Source: Selaginella moellendorffii
Lineage: Eukaryota; Plantae; Lycopodiophyta
NCBI RefSeq assembly: GCF_000143415.4
Contig: NW_003314276.1
Coordinates: 2,080,091 to 2,144,090, forward strand
Length of the DNA stretch: 64,000 nucleotides
Direction of reading: 5' to 3'
The notes beneath the pieces were generated by a model, which was given only the letters and a program-made list of their open reading frames with translations, did no database searches and was not told the DNA's origin. Made by a program: the position numbers and the translations under genes. Shown here piece by piece: positions 22,480 through 35,439 of the stretch. Each line of letters opens with the position of its first letter. The stretch's first letter is position 1.

Positions 22480-23230
22480 AAGGGGGAAACACTGTGGCTT
22501 AACAGCTTAATATGGGTACCCCTACTCCCCCATATCCATCCCAAAGAGAAGGTTTAAACCCCTAAAAAGAGTGAAAACCAATGGGCCATAAGGTACTCAA
22601 GTGGGGCACCACTTCACATGAGCTAAGAGCATTATAGTTAATTTCCCTTTCGGGAGTAAAAGTTGCTCTTGAGCACTTCCTTGGGTGGCCTTTTCAGGAC
22701 CACCCGAGTGTATACTCACTCCCATCCAAAGCCCATCGACCCCAATTTCAACCTCAAGTTAGTTTGGAAGCACTAGTTCTTTCAAGACTAGTTCCTAGAC
22801 CTCATTATCCCTACTATATTTTTGGAACCCTCTGTAGTCCCCCCTTCCTGGGAGACACACGCTTTGGGCTTTCACCCCATGACCTGTATTACTATTCAGA
22901 CTTGGTCTCGGACTCGATCTCAGACTCAACAACAGACTCGATCTTGGACTCGATCTTGGACCCAACCTCAGACTTTATCTCGGACTCTGTCTCGAACTTG
23001 GTCTCAAACCTGATCTCGGATCTCGGACTTGGTCTCAAACTCGGTCTCAGACTTGGTCTCAAACTTGTCTCGGAGTTGGTCTCGGACTCAGTCTCGAACT
23101 CAGTCTTAGAGTCAATCTTAAAGTCGGTTTTGGACTCGATCTCGCACTCGGTCTCATCCAATGAGCTCTTTATTATTTTGGTCATGCTTTCGGGGATCTT
23201 TTAGCTTTAGACACCTCAGGGAGTTGGTTC
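22480..23230. repeat. Diverged relative of the LTR distal part, with CTCGGA-type minisatellite
   Basis: Shares CCCTACTATA...GACAC(A)CGCTTTGGGCTTTCACCC...CTCGGACTC with 18100-18650; paralog of 34825-34946 plus 40543-41160. Confidence 0.6.
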
Positions 23231-24483
23231 TTTACAAGTAGATCTTCATGCACTTTTATATAAAATGCCAAGTTATTAGAAAACTTCATATAATTTTGAG
23301 GGTTTGGTGGAATATTTATCTTCTACAACATTAATACAACCTCTTGGTCACAAAGTCATAAAAGTGATGAGATCAACTTTAGATGATTTTGGAATTTAAT
23401 TTGCAATAAAACCAATTAAGAACCTTGAAACTGTTAGAAGAAAAAGATAAATAAGTGAGCTTATACAACCAATAATTTTGCCCTGTCTCGAATATGAGTA
23501 TATAAGTATAGAGTGAGGAAGACTAGTGCTCTTGAGCAACAAAGAGCCTAGGTGCTTCCAAGCTAAATTAAGAGAGATTCATAGAATTTAGTTATACATT
23601 GATTTGAAACAAGTTCTATAGTCATATGTTTTTCTTGGATTGGAGGAATATTATATAGTAAGAAAATTATGACATGAACTTTACACACTCCAATTGATTG
23701 TTTTTGTGGACAACAACAATATGGCAATCCTCCACAATATTGTGATTAGTTCATATGGTTATGTTCTACAAAATTTCTACATACATAGTTTATGTAGTGT
23801 CAATTATCTAGAAACCAAGACATATACTATGTATTTGGTTAGTTGAAGAAGGGGTAAAATTGATAAATTTGGAGCCTCAAGTTTTAGTTGAAGCAAGCTT
23901 TAAATTTGAAAAAAACACTTTACAACCATAACCACAAGCTCAATCTTAGCACTTTTCTTAAAAAAATTTAAAAATGAGAAAGAGCTAAAGATGTGAAAAT
24001 TACATATATATAGTCAAAGGAAGCAAGGCAACATACTCAATACCATTATAGTTGAAGGTGGAAGTTAAAATTCTCATCATTACAAGTATATAATTCTCAA
24101 TTATCAAATTGATATTGTAGATACAGAGATTTACAACATCACAAAAAATTAATTCCCAAGTTGCACTTGTATTGCTTTTTGTAATGTTCTACTTTTGGTG
24201 AGTCTTTAATCCCTTACAAACATATATATTTTATATATTTAATGCTTTTTGAGATGGATCCAAATTTTAAAATTTGGATTCACCACAATGAGGGGTTTAT
24301 AACATTGAGAAAGAATTAGATGTTAGAATTGTATTTGAATTTAAAATATTTATTATGGAATATTATTTATAAGTTACACATAAAATAACAAAGTGCATTT
24401 CTTAAAGTTTGACTCAAATGGATTTTATAGTAATAATGAAATATTTATTAATACTAATTGTTAAATATTAAAATAATAATTTC

Positions 24484-27400
24484 TGAGTGCATGGAATATG
24501 GAAAGAGAATATAGAAAAGGTGCATCTCAATTAGCCCAAAAACCCTAGTTTATATAGAGGAGCAAGTGGTTCGAATTGAAATCAATTCAATATCTACCAA
24601 AATCCCACTACATAATATTAGTATACAGCATTGTAGTTGTACAGCTGGACCTCAGATCATCTCCTCCTCTCTGAATAATGGAAGGCCATTAGGGTTCTCT
24701 TGCNNNNNNNNNNNNNNNNNNNNNNNNNNNNNNNNNNNNNNNNNNNNNNNNNNNNNNNNNNNNNNNNNNNNNNNNNNNNNNNNNNNNNNNNNNNNNNNNN
24801 NNNNNNNNNNNNNNNNNNNNNNNNNNNNNNNNNNNNNNNNNNNNNNNNNNNNNNNNNNNNNNNNNNNNNNNNNNNNNNNNNNNNNNNNNNNNNNNNNNNN
24901 NNNNNNNNNNNNNNNNNNNNNNNNNNNNNNNNNNNNNNNNNNNNNNNNNNNNNNNNNNNNNNNNNNNNNNNNNNNNNNNNNNNNNNNNNNNNNNNNNNNN
25001 NNNNNNNNNNNNNNNNNNNNNNNNNNNNNNNNNNNNNNNNNNNNNNNNNNNNNNNNNNNNNNNNNNNNNNNNNNNNNNNNNNNNNNNNNNNNNNNNNNNN
25101 NNNNNNNNNNNNNNNNNNNNNNNNNNNNNNNNNNNNNNNNNNNNNNNNNNNNNNNNNNNNNNNNNNNNNNNNNNNNNNNNNNNNNNNNNNNNNNNNNNNN
25201 NNNNNNNNNNNNNNNNNNNNNNNNNNNNNNNNNNNNNNNNNNNNNNNNNNNNNNNNNNNNNNNNNNNNNNNNNNNNNNNNNNNNNNNNNNNNNNNNNNNN
25301 NNNNNNNNNNNNNNNNNNNNNNNNNNNNNNNNNNNNNNNNNNNNNNNNNNNNNNNNNNNNNNNNNNNNNNNNNNNNNNNNNNNNNNNNNNNNNNNNNNNN
25401 NNNNNNNNNNNNNNNNNNNNNNNNNNNATTATCTAAAAGAATTCACTCCGAACAAGAATGCTGGAACACCACTCGATTGAGGAAGAAGTATCCAGCAGTT
25501 GTAGAGGAACTACCCAAAACACCAACTTCCACCCAATGAGTGAAATAGTCAGAAGCAATAATAACATATTCATTACCAACAGCCGACTGTGGAAAAAGTC
25601 CCATAAGATTAAATGCCACTAACTCAAATAGACGGGAAACTACAATTGACTCCAACCATCCATCCGCGGCATGAGGGGGAGTATTATGAGCTTGGCACCA
25701 AATGCAACTATGCACATACCGGATAATATCACATCGCATCTCCGGCTAATAGAAAAACTTGCGCAGCATCTCAGTCATATGACGATGTCCTATAGAACAG
25801 GAAAATCATGGTAAGCATGAAGAAACCGTTGAATAAAGATAGAAGGCACCACTAGCCGTAAATGATCATCAATATCCGTCCCCACAAAATAAAAAAGGCC
25901 GTCTTCAAGGCAATATTGAGAATATAAGGCAATATAAGGCGTCTTCAAGGTGATATTGAGAATGTCTCAAAGGACAGTTGACAGGTAACTTTTTATACCC
26001 AAAGTCGCATTTGTGACAGCCGGTCAACTGCTACAACACAAAAACTATTGGAGGAATTGAAAAAGGGAAGAGCAAAATAATACGGAAACATAGGAGGAAG
26101 TAATAGGGCAACAAAAGTAATGGAAGTAGAGGTAGAAGCAAAGGGACAAAAAGGTATGGAAGTGAGAGGAATGGATGAAATATAAGGAAGTATAAGACAA
26201 AGGGGAGAAGCCTTAAAGTCATATTTGGCATGATTGCGTTGCAACCAATCCATACCAAAGATGAGGTCAAAAGCTTGACTTGACACCACCTGCAATGATT
26301 GCAACCCAAGCTCGAGATCACCTACATACACAATTAGGTCCACCTCATCCCGTGCACATGCATATATATGATCGTTGCTATAAAGAATGAAAATTGGCTC
26401 CATCGCATAGCACAAGTGTAGACGGCAACATGTGGTAATAAGTCGAGCAATAAAAGACAGAGAGAATAATAGGAGACCACTTGTTATAAAAATAAGCTTG
26501 GAAAGTAAACACTTGATGAACTGGTGCCAAATGAACCCTTTGATGATACTCCTGAAAGAAATATGGAAGGGTCACTAACTTATTTGTGCAAGGTCCTTTC
26601 ATTATTCATGTGACTCCTCATTTCCCAGATGCATCTCAGTATCTAGACCTTCCACTGCAGCAGCACCAACAAAACATTGTTGACGCCAAGGTCTCCACCC
26701 AAGAAATGGTGGCCGCCAATCTGGAAAACACTGACAACACTGATAAGTGTGACTAACTTCATCACACGCTCAACAACAAATATCATGGCCATGACCACGT
26801 CCTTGCCCTTGTCCTTGGACTCAAGCAATAGTAGCATCAACCTCCATTGGAACATGACCATTATTCACATGAAGTGGAGTTGAAGGACATATAGTGAGAA
26901 GTGAAAAAGGTGACATTTTATAATGTTGTGTAAAGCGAAGAGCATCGTCAAGGGTGGCTAGAGCAAGTGCATGCACAAGTCCGACAAAATCTTGATGAAG
27001 TGCTGGCCACAACATTCTGAGCTTGATCCGCTTTAACATATTTGAGCCCGCACGAAGCATGAGGCTTCGGAAACAAACGCCAAATTCCATTACTAACTTA
27101 GATGGCCCTTGACAAAGATGATGCAATTGTTAGAAGGCATCATCATAATTGTTGCCATGTTCGAATGTGCATTTGAAGACATCTGGAAGAACATTCCAAT
27201 CCCCACGAGTGGCTGCCCTCAGACCATTGTACCATTGCAATGCCATCCCTTGGAGACATGTGGGAAACTCACGCAAACGTCAAACATCATCCCAGAAATG
27301 ATATGTGGCAATTATTGTGAAATGATTGAATCAATAGTACACATCATCCCAAAGATTCCCACAAAAGAACTTTAGCTGAACACAAAGATTGGCACCAAGA

Positions 27401-27946
27401 GCAGGAGGAGCTATACCACGTGCCATGAATGCCACCATCAATTGAGTTTGGTTATCCAATCACAATCGCATAGCATCAAACAATTGCACCAATTGCTAGT
27501 CCAGAGTCAAAGGAGGAGACTATTGATCTACCATAAAGATGAATGAAAATAAAAGAGCAAAAGAAGATAAATGAAAAAAAATAGCTAGAAGGAAAGGGAG
27601 ATCTGAACAATGCAAAAGCTAAATCTAAACTAAAATCCTAAAAAAGGAAAGAACAAAAGAAAGTAAATGGAAAAAGTTAAATCTAAACAATACAAAAGCT
27701 AAATTTAAACCATAATCCCAAATCTAAGCACTCCTCAAGGACAATCCAAGGTGCTCTTTATCTCTACCACTATAAGTGCATAGAATATGGAAAGAGAATA
27801 TAGAAAATATATATCTCAATTATCCCAAAAACTATAATTTATATACAGGAGCGAGTGGTCCAAATTGAAACTAATCTAACAGCTACTAAAATCCCATTAC
27901 GCTAATATTAGTATATGGCATTGTAATTATACACTTGGACCTTACA
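24484..27946 (-). mobile_element. Short degenerate Ty3/gypsy derivative (gag-PR-IN, no RT seen) with ~170-bp LTRs
   Basis: Direct repeats at ~24484-24655 and ~27773-27946. Purine tract next to the left repeat. gag PMEVD, protease tail DLIFGMDWL, and integrase FELVAFNLMG..EYVIIASDYFTHWVEV. Confidence 0.65.
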
Positions 27947-28940
27947 TTCTATAAATTAGGTGACAAGGCAAAACCTCTATTAATTAGGAAATATTGCCAC
28001 TCATATTTAAATTTTTTTTAAATTACTATTTTTTAAAAATGCCTCTTTAATAAAAATATTGCCACTAAAACATTAAGAAAATATTCTTTAGTGTACTAGT
28101 ATATTTTAAAGCTTTATTCTTAATGACTCCTTTTGTTGACCTGGCTCTCTCTATTAGCAGATTGTACATCACCTAGCAAGCTTTTAATGATTAGTTTCTT
28201 TGAATTGATCAAGAGTGCCCAATATCTCTATTTGTTTGTTCAGGGGCTATGAGATACCAAAAGCAAATGCGCTTAAACTTTGAAATAATGTGAAGATGAT
28301 GTTTCCAATTTTGAAATTTTGTAAGAAAGAAAAGTTGCTCATTTTAAAAGACTTTTAGCTCTACAATTATGTAGCTAAATATGCTTACTAGCAAACCAAA
28401 ATACCAAATAATATCAGTGTTACTAGAAACTATAATAATAATACATACTATAGTAATAATATTCACTAGAGGAGGAGGAACAAAGCTAGTGTTTTGCTTT
28501 GCACTGTTATTCAAGAGGATGAGTAAAGCAATTGGTAAAACCAACACAATATAAATCAAATTGGTATGATCTGGAACAGCTTTGCAAGGAGTAGAAACCT
28601 TCCAAACCTCATCTCTTAAAAAGCTCTTGAAATGCCAGGATGAGTACTAGAATTGGATTTTCGGGATCGACACAAGCATCTCCAAATATGTTTGATTGTT
28701 GGATCGTTCCAGGCGTTTTGACCGATTTTACTCTGGAGGAGCTGTGGATCAATATCAATGTTGCACCGTGAGAATATCAAAACAGCAATGGATAGATATT
28801 TATCTTGTGTTTCTTTTTCCCGCAAGTCTGACAATCCACAGCGTCACCAGCTACTCGTTAAAACCAAAAGTAGTCAAGGGTTAGGTTATAATCTTTCTCG
28901 CTTGGATTTTTCTATTGTCGAAGCTCTCGTCAGGTAAGCT

Positions 28941-29708
28941 ATGATCTCTCGCGCTCACGCCGCCCCAACGCTTGCCCGCCGAGCTCCAGCGCCCTGGCAT
29001 GGCGGCCATCACCGACCTTCACACCCGCGACCTCCAGCTCTAGCTCCAGCACATCGAGCAGACCACCATGGACACCATCCTCGAGGAGGCCCCGAGCCAG
29101 CGCCAGCTTTAGCTCCAGTTCTTCAAGGTGACGCTCCAGTTCGAGCCCCAGCGCCAGCTGCTTTCGTTCACCCTGCTCATCTAGCTCCAGCGCCTGATGC
29201 TCGCCACGACGATCCAGCTCCAGCAGCAGCAGTGTACCATCATCATCACGGTGATGGAGCTCCTCTGGTTGTTCACCACCATCACCAGGGTCACCACCAT
29301 GGAGGACGCCACAACCACCACCACCACCACCACCACCACCACCACCACAACCACCACCAGCACCACCATCGTCGCGACGGTCACGACGCAGCAGTGGCCA
29401 CACCAACACCCGCAGCAGTAGCTACAGTGGTTCGGAGGACGCCATGGTCGCTGCTCCAGCTTCTTCTCTGGGTTTTGGTTGCGATCTTGGTGCTGCTCGC
29501 GTGCTTTTTGCTCGTGCGATGGATGTTATCTCGAAGGAAGCAGCGCAGTAATGCGATCTTTCAGGATCCCGGGTGGCAGATCGAAGTTGTAGTGGACGAT
29601 CCTCCAACTGAGAAGAAACAGCTGGAAGCTCACAGTCGTGGTTCGCACAGCAATGGCACTCTGGGATTCTCCTCTAAGTGTCCTGCCAACACTGGCAGTG
29701 ACGCGTAA
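28941..29708 (+). CDS. His/Ala/Pro-rich (AGP-like) single-pass membrane protein, copy 1
   Basis: 255-aa ORF with APAP repeats, a poly-His tract, a hydrophobic helix (LLQLLLWVLVAILVLLACFLLV) and a basic stop-transfer segment; the frame is conserved in three copies. Confidence 0.6.
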   Translation: MISRAHAAPTLARRAPAPWHGGHHRPSHPRPPALAPAHRADHHGHHPRGGPEPAPALAPVLQGDAPVRAPAPAAFVHPAHLAPAPDARHDDPAPAAAVYHHHHGDGAPLVVHHHHQGHHHGGRHNHHHHHHHHHHHNHHQHHHRRDGHDAAVATPTPAAVATVVRRTPWSLLQLLLWVLVAILVLLACFLLVRWMLSRRKQRSNAIFQDPGWQIEVVVDDPPTEKKQLEAHSRGSHSNGTLGFSSKCPANTGSDA

Positions 29709-30089
29709 GTCAGCTATGTTGCATGCGTTGTCACATGGAAGATTGTGTACAAACAATCTTCAAGGAGATGAAGTTGCAGAGCAAGAAGACAGCAGGCTCT
29801 TGCTCACGGACGGTGAAGATCACATACAAGGGTCGACTGGTGGAAGTCACCAGACTTGGAAGTTATTCCACAGCTGGCTCGGAAAATGGACTGGGTTTCC
29901 ACAGAGCAAGAACCTACCNNNNNNNNNNNNNNNNNNNNNNNNNNNNNNNNNNNNNNNNNNNNNNNNNNNNNNNNNNNNNNNNNNNNNNNNNNNNNNNNNN
30001 NNNNNNNNNNNNNNNNNNNNNNNNNNNNNNNNNNNNNNNNNNNNNNNNNNNNNNNNNNNNNNNNNNNNNNNGAAGCAGTGCAGGGCATA

Positions 30090-30621
30090 GCAGCCAGATA
30101 AGTTTCTCCAGAGTCAAGAGCATCATAAGCCGGGAATCAAGCAAGTGCAATTGTGAAAGTATGGTCGAAGTCTACACTGCGGCTTGCAACACAGGTTGTT
30201 CAACAGGATGGGACGAAGAACAGGATAGGTTGGGCTACCTCGCAAATTGTGAATACAAAGCCGATGCATTCGTCGCAAGCAGCCTCGTGGACATGTGGAA
30301 GCATCAGAAGTGTTGAGGAGGACAAATAAACATGACGTTGGTTGCCTGGAACACGATCATCATGGGACATGCACGTCTTCTATCAGATGCAAGGAGAAGC
30401 TGGCCTGCCTCCAAACGCTGAGACTTTGTATGGAGCAGCAAAACATCATTTCCTGGGATATGCCGAGAACAACCTTTGCTCTTGAGCGCTACGAGCAAAC
30501 CGGCAGCCAAACGCTCAGACTTTTCATGGTGGCGCTCAAGGCACGCGGCGACTTAGCAGAGAAGAGGCTCCACTCGCAGATCCAGGACGGAATCCACTAC
30601 TCACGTGCTCGCTCAGTGTAG
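30090..30621 (+). pseudogene. PLS-class PPR gene fragment
   Basis: DAFVASSLVDMW, frameshifted DVVAWNTIIMG-like, NIISW, FMVALKA..L...LHSQI motifs. Confidence 0.6.
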
Positions 30622-31791
30622 AGACATGCCTGCCATTCGAGAAGTTTTCCGCCCCAAGTTCAGAAGTACTCTGGTGTCACTGTCACGATGACACACTTCT
30701 CATTTGGAGTAACTGGAGAGTGCCCTACGAAGCATGATGGTCATAGGTATTATAATTTTTCACTAGTTCATAGCTTTTTTGTTTTGTTTTATAACCTTCA
30801 CAAGGTATTTAGTTTACGCGATTCTTTCAAGCTAGTTAGAAGTCCCTATCTTTAAGCTGTTTTGAGGAAATTGAAGCTTGGCAATGAAAAGTTGTGGAAG
30901 CTTTGGAGCTTATCTCCTTACACATATTCTTTTGACTTTTTCATCAATGACATACTTGATAGTAGTAATAATTTAATTGAGCAATATTGATAAACATATT
31001 TATAATTTATAAATCAAGATTATATCAATAGTGGAATAGAAAAGAATATACTAGAAGGAAATTTTATAAATTATAAACATGTTCACAAATTATAAAGAAA
31101 AGATTAATCTAAATGAACAACAACCATTAAATAGGAGAATATCCAAGCATCTTCAAGTTTTCTTAAGCAAACCAATTATAGATCTATGGTGTTTGGTCAC
31201 TTAAACTTACACAAGCTTATTCACAAACCTATTTCATTAACTTGTGTACTCATGAATATATAGAACTTTTTTTCCCAAACTTATATCATTAAACCGATAT
31301 AAAAACATGGGACTTACGTTTTTCCAATGTTTTGTTGTAGATTAGATGTTATATTCTTCTTTCAACCATGCCCTATACAAATATACAAACTTCATAATTA
31401 CAATTCAACTTCTTTAAATCTTTCCTGATTTCATATTAGTGGAAGAGAAACACCAAACATATAAAGATTATATGTTTGGTGTAAGAAAGCAAAGACAATA
31501 TATTCAAAGGCAATATAGTTAAAAAGTAAATATGATTATCAATCAACAATACCATAATCACAAGTATATAGTTTTCAGTTAAGAAAGTGATATTGTAAAT
31601 GGGAGAATTCATAATGGAGATTATACGTAAATTGGTCGTGTAAGAAGAAGCTATTTAAATTCTAGAAAATGTTTAAGAAATAATCTTATAATTTGTTTAA
31701 GCTGTTTTATATTTAGGCGAATTTAAATATTATTATGAGTAGAAGTTGAAGAACCCTAAAAGGTTGGCAAGAGGTTTTACAGAAATTAAAG

Positions 31792-32898
31792 TTACACAAA
31801 GCATTTTAGACCGCAAGGGCCGGTCGCAAAAACCCGGTGGCAGTTCAGGCACTTAAAACCTCCAGTCAACCCCTTGTCAACGCACACCACCTCGTCCTCC
31901 TCGTCAACGCGGTCAGCAATAATGTCAACGGGCACGTTGACCACGCCTGGATCGCCGTTGCTGGGGGGCAACTTGGGCAAGGCGTCCTCGATCTTGGTGC
32001 TGATGATCTTGCTCTTGTGCGACATCTTCCTCGCGCAGTGGTGGGCGGCCAGTGCTGTGCTCGATTCAAACGCGAGCTTACAACGGGAGCACTCGACAAC
32101 CGCCGCTCCCCCAGTCGATTCAAGACGGCAACCATCCCCTTTACGAGATCCCTCCGCCACAGTGGCGTCGGCGCCGCCGCCAGTCGGATCAATGGCCCGG
32201 GAGGAACACTTGATCCTAATCTTCAATGGTTGCCACTGCGGCAATGGATTGTCATGGATCACAACCTTGGAAGAATTCTCCTCCCCCTCTTCCTCCATGG
32301 CCACCTTCTCGACCATCAAAGCTCCCATCTTTTTCTTCTTTTCCTCCTCCTCCCTGGCCCAGTGCCGGAGATAGACTTGCTCCAGGCTCGTGTCGCTCTC
32401 GTAGTCGGGCTCCTCGATCACCTCCTTGATTTTGATCTTCGCGGGGCTGCACGGAGCGATAGCGGCGGCGGCCCTCGCGATCCGCGACTCCGGATGGCAT
32501 CGCATGTGTCCCGACAGCCCTTTGATCGATACGAACTCCTTGCCACACTCTGGGCACTCGTGATCCTTGCCCTTGCTGCTCAGTTTCTTCTTCTTGATCT
32601 GCTCCTCCACAAACTTGAGGTTCTTCTTAGGATTTGCCCTCAGCGCATACAACCCATTGCATCCCCCGGCCCGCTGGACGTCGTCGCCGGAGCTCCGGTC
32701 GTCATCCTCGCTGTGATCGAGGTCTTGGAACAAGCTCTCCTTGACCAGGCAGTGCCGGAGCTGGGGATAGGCCTTCTTCCGCTTGGTGCTCCTCACCAGA
32801 TCCTTTTCATGACGATCCTCACCCACCTGTCCATTCTGCTGCTGCTGCTGCTCATACTCATGCTCTTGCTCCACGATCTTCCTCTTCGCCGATCTCAT
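31792..32898 (-). CDS. ZAT-type C2H2 zinc-finger protein, C-terminally truncated
   Basis: YALRANPKK motif and CPECGKEFVSIKGLSGHMRCH finger. A degenerate second finger follows. The third finger FKCLNCHRVFATG lacks QALGGH. First ATG at 32898. Confidence 0.75.
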   Translation of the reverse strand: MRSAKRKIVEQEHEYEQQQQQNGQVGEDRHEKDLVRSTKRKKAYPQLRHCLVKESLFQDLDHSEDDDRSSGDDVQRAGGCNGLYALRANPKKNLKFVEEQIKKKKLSSKGKDHECPECGKEFVSIKGLSGHMRCHPESRIARAAAAIAPCSPAKIKIKEVIEEPDYESDTSLEQVYLRHWAREEEEKKKKMGALMVEKVAMEEEGEENSSKVVIHDNPLPQWQPLKIRIKCSSRAIDPTGGGADATVAEGSRKGDGCRLESTGGAAVVECSRCKLAFESSTALAAHHCARKMSHKSKIISTKIEDALPKLPPSNGDPGVVNVPVDIIADRVDEEDEVVCVDKGLTGGFKCLNCHRVFATGPCGLKCFV

Positions 32899-33194
32899 AG
32901 CTAGCCACCGATTGATTGATCTACCGCGCAAGAAAAAACCGAACCCTTTCCTCTTACAACGAATTAGGGCACACTTCCTTGTTCCCGCCACAGCCAACTC
33001 TCTCTCTCTCTCTCGTTTGGTTAAAAATTAGAGGCGAACAAAAATTCTTCTCTATGATCGACTGCATGGTTTGATCTCTCTTCCTTGCGAAATTCCAAAG
33101 CTTTGCTGCCGTTAGCTTGAAGGGGAGGAAAAAACAAGAAAAAAAATGGTCACAAAATGGTCACCTTTGGACTAAAGGGAGCCCCTGAATTTTT

Positions 33195-33820
33195 TCACTG
33201 CTGCTGCTCCGTGGATCCATCGTTGTGGGAAGAATCAGAGTTTCCACCACCGCTGCCACCGTTTCTACAGGGAGCTACCCCTCGCTGCCGCTGCTTGTAG
33301 CTGGCTTTGAAGATTGCCTGGCAGAACCGCTTGGTTCGATCATCCAGCTCCATCCCCGGGCTCTCCACCATCTTCTTCTTCTGCTTCTCCAGCTCATGGA
33401 TCACTGGGTTTGGAGCGTTTCCATCCGAATCCTTGGCTAACTCCTGGCAAGTAAAGCCAGAAGTTCACAGAAGAACTTTCAACCAAGAAAGAACACTAAC
33501 CTGGCTCTTGTGTATCAAGCTCTCAAGGCTCTTGAGCTTGTGGTGAGGCCACTGGGGGATCCCAAACTCGCAGCACCGCTTCTTGAGCACAGTGCGGCTG
33601 ACTTTGAGCTCCTTGGACGCCTGAGTGATCGGCATGGTGAAGTAGCGGGAGAGATCTTCGAGGCTTATGTCCATCATCCTCTTGGTTGGGCCAAGGAAGC
33701 CACTGCATGTCACCTTGTTGCTCACATCAACCAGGTCGTTTGCTCCATCGCGTTACCATTGCCACCATCGCCACCACCCTCGTTTCGGTTGAATCCAATT
33801 GAGCCTCCTGACATCATAAT
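33195..33820 (-). pseudogene. RWP-RK (RKD-like) transcription factor fragment, copy 1
   Basis: LSRYFTMPITQASKELKVSRTVLKKRCCEFGIPQWPHHKLKSL, then an intron, then ELEKQKKKM..PGMELDDRTKRFCQAIFKASYK; the RWP-RK signature is mutated. Confidence 0.8.
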
Positions 33821-34946
33821 CAACCAATTCCTAAGTTGCAATTGCAAATACTTCTTTTAACATTAAATTTTGAAATTTTTTCATCCTTTGTATAGGATGT
33901 TAAACTTTGGATTCATCATAATGTTTAAACATAAGGTGAAAAAAATAGACATTGGTATTGTATTAACTTAATATAAATATATACTTAAACAATTAGTATA
34001 AATTATTGTGATAACACAAAACCTCTGCCACAAAAATTAGATGGTGGTAACAGATTTAAATATTACTTAAATTACTAATTTTATTCAAATATTATCAATA
34101 AAACTGTTTGCAACTAAAACCTTAATAGAATATTCTTCAGTGTGTCAAAATATTCTTGTCCACTCCCTTGGCTTACTATTTACTAGCTCCTTGTATTAAC
34201 AAATCATTTTATATAGAGCATAATCCTTGATGGTGATAGCTATTTGAAAGAGATGCCATTTTAAATTTCTTTCTAAATACTACTAAACAATATATACCAA
34301 GTTGGAATAGGACATTTTATAGTTTCATCAGTAATAAAGCATAAATAAATTGGTGAGGTATTAGAATTCTATATAATGGTGGTATAAACAAAGTTTTAAT
34401 TTTTATTTTAATATGAAATATGTTACAATGACTTGGTTATCTTTATGCTATAGTAGTGTAATCCATCAATTTTTCCTTTCCAATTTGCCAGCTTACCTCA
34501 TTTATCCAACTAACACCGCCTTCGTCTTAATTAAATTCCTTCGCCAAAGTTCTCACTTATTGTACCAGCTTTTACTTGGTCCTACTTAATTTCAGCTACT
34601 CATTGCACAAGCAACGGAGCGCTAGCCATCCATCCACAAATTCCCAATCTCTCTCAATCCCCTTCCCCGGGTTAAACTAGACTTAAGGTTCGGCTACATT
34701 CCTTGCAGGCACAAGCAGCCAAGCACACCAAGCTTCCAGGTTCCTAACATCCCTTAGTATAACAAGACTTGATCATAGGACCCTCTAAATCCCAAGCCTT
34801 GGGTACAACACTTGCTTCAGGACTCTAGGGGGAAACACCGTGGCCTAACGGCTCAGTATGGGTATTCCTACTCCCTCACTTCCATCCTGAAGGGAAGGTC
34901 CAAGCCCTTAGGAAGAGTGAGGACTAATAAACCACAAGGTACTCAA

Positions 34947-35333
34947 TGTCAAGACCCCCAACAAGATCAAGACTGGAAAATGCTAAAGACAAAGAGAAAA
35001 AGCTAGTGAAAACAAAGAAGAAGCCTTAGACTGGTGTTGATTCAGATTGTGGAGAAATGGAACAAGGCTAACCTATATATACTATAGGTTGATGAAGCTC
35101 CACCACTCTTGGATCGAGGACGGCCTAAATACAGCTGAGGTCGAGGAGGCGCCACATCATCATCAAGAATGTGGCTCGAGACTCAGGAATCGGGAAGTGT
35201 CTCGAGACTCAGGAATCGGGAAGTGTCTCAAGAGTCAGGAATAGGGAAGTGTCTCGAGAGTCAGGAATGTGGTTTGCAGGTCAGGAATCCGGCGAGAGTC
35301 AGGAATGTGGCAAGAATTGGGGGATTCCTGACA
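34947..35333 (-). repeat. 3' LTR of chromovirus
   Basis: TGTCAAGAC...TTCCTGACA with internal ~25-bp tandem units; about 10 transitions versus the other LTR. Confidence 0.95.
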
Positions 35334-35439
35334 GCACACCCCCTCCTCAAGAACGAGTGGAACGAGGATGTGAACGAGAACGAAGAGGAGGATGAGATGA
35401 GCGGCGAGGGATGGGAGAGGGAGAAAAAAAATGAGGACT

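Noticed and set aside
24566-25539. ORFs made of X runs (also at 8415-8522, 22098-22277, 29919-30071, 54348-54447, 56453-56552, 57561-57660)
   Set aside because: Assembly gaps
31837-32904. 355-aa plus-strand ORF and similar antisense ORFs (4022-4678, 10817-11425, 28939-29409)
   Set aside because: Shadows of GC-rich genes on the opposite strand with no motifs
27950-34400. Helitron or Pack-MULE carrying the His-rich, PPR, ZAT and RKD fragments
   Set aside because: The fragment mosaic is suggestive, but I could not identify TC...CTRR ends with a hairpin, TIRs or TSDs
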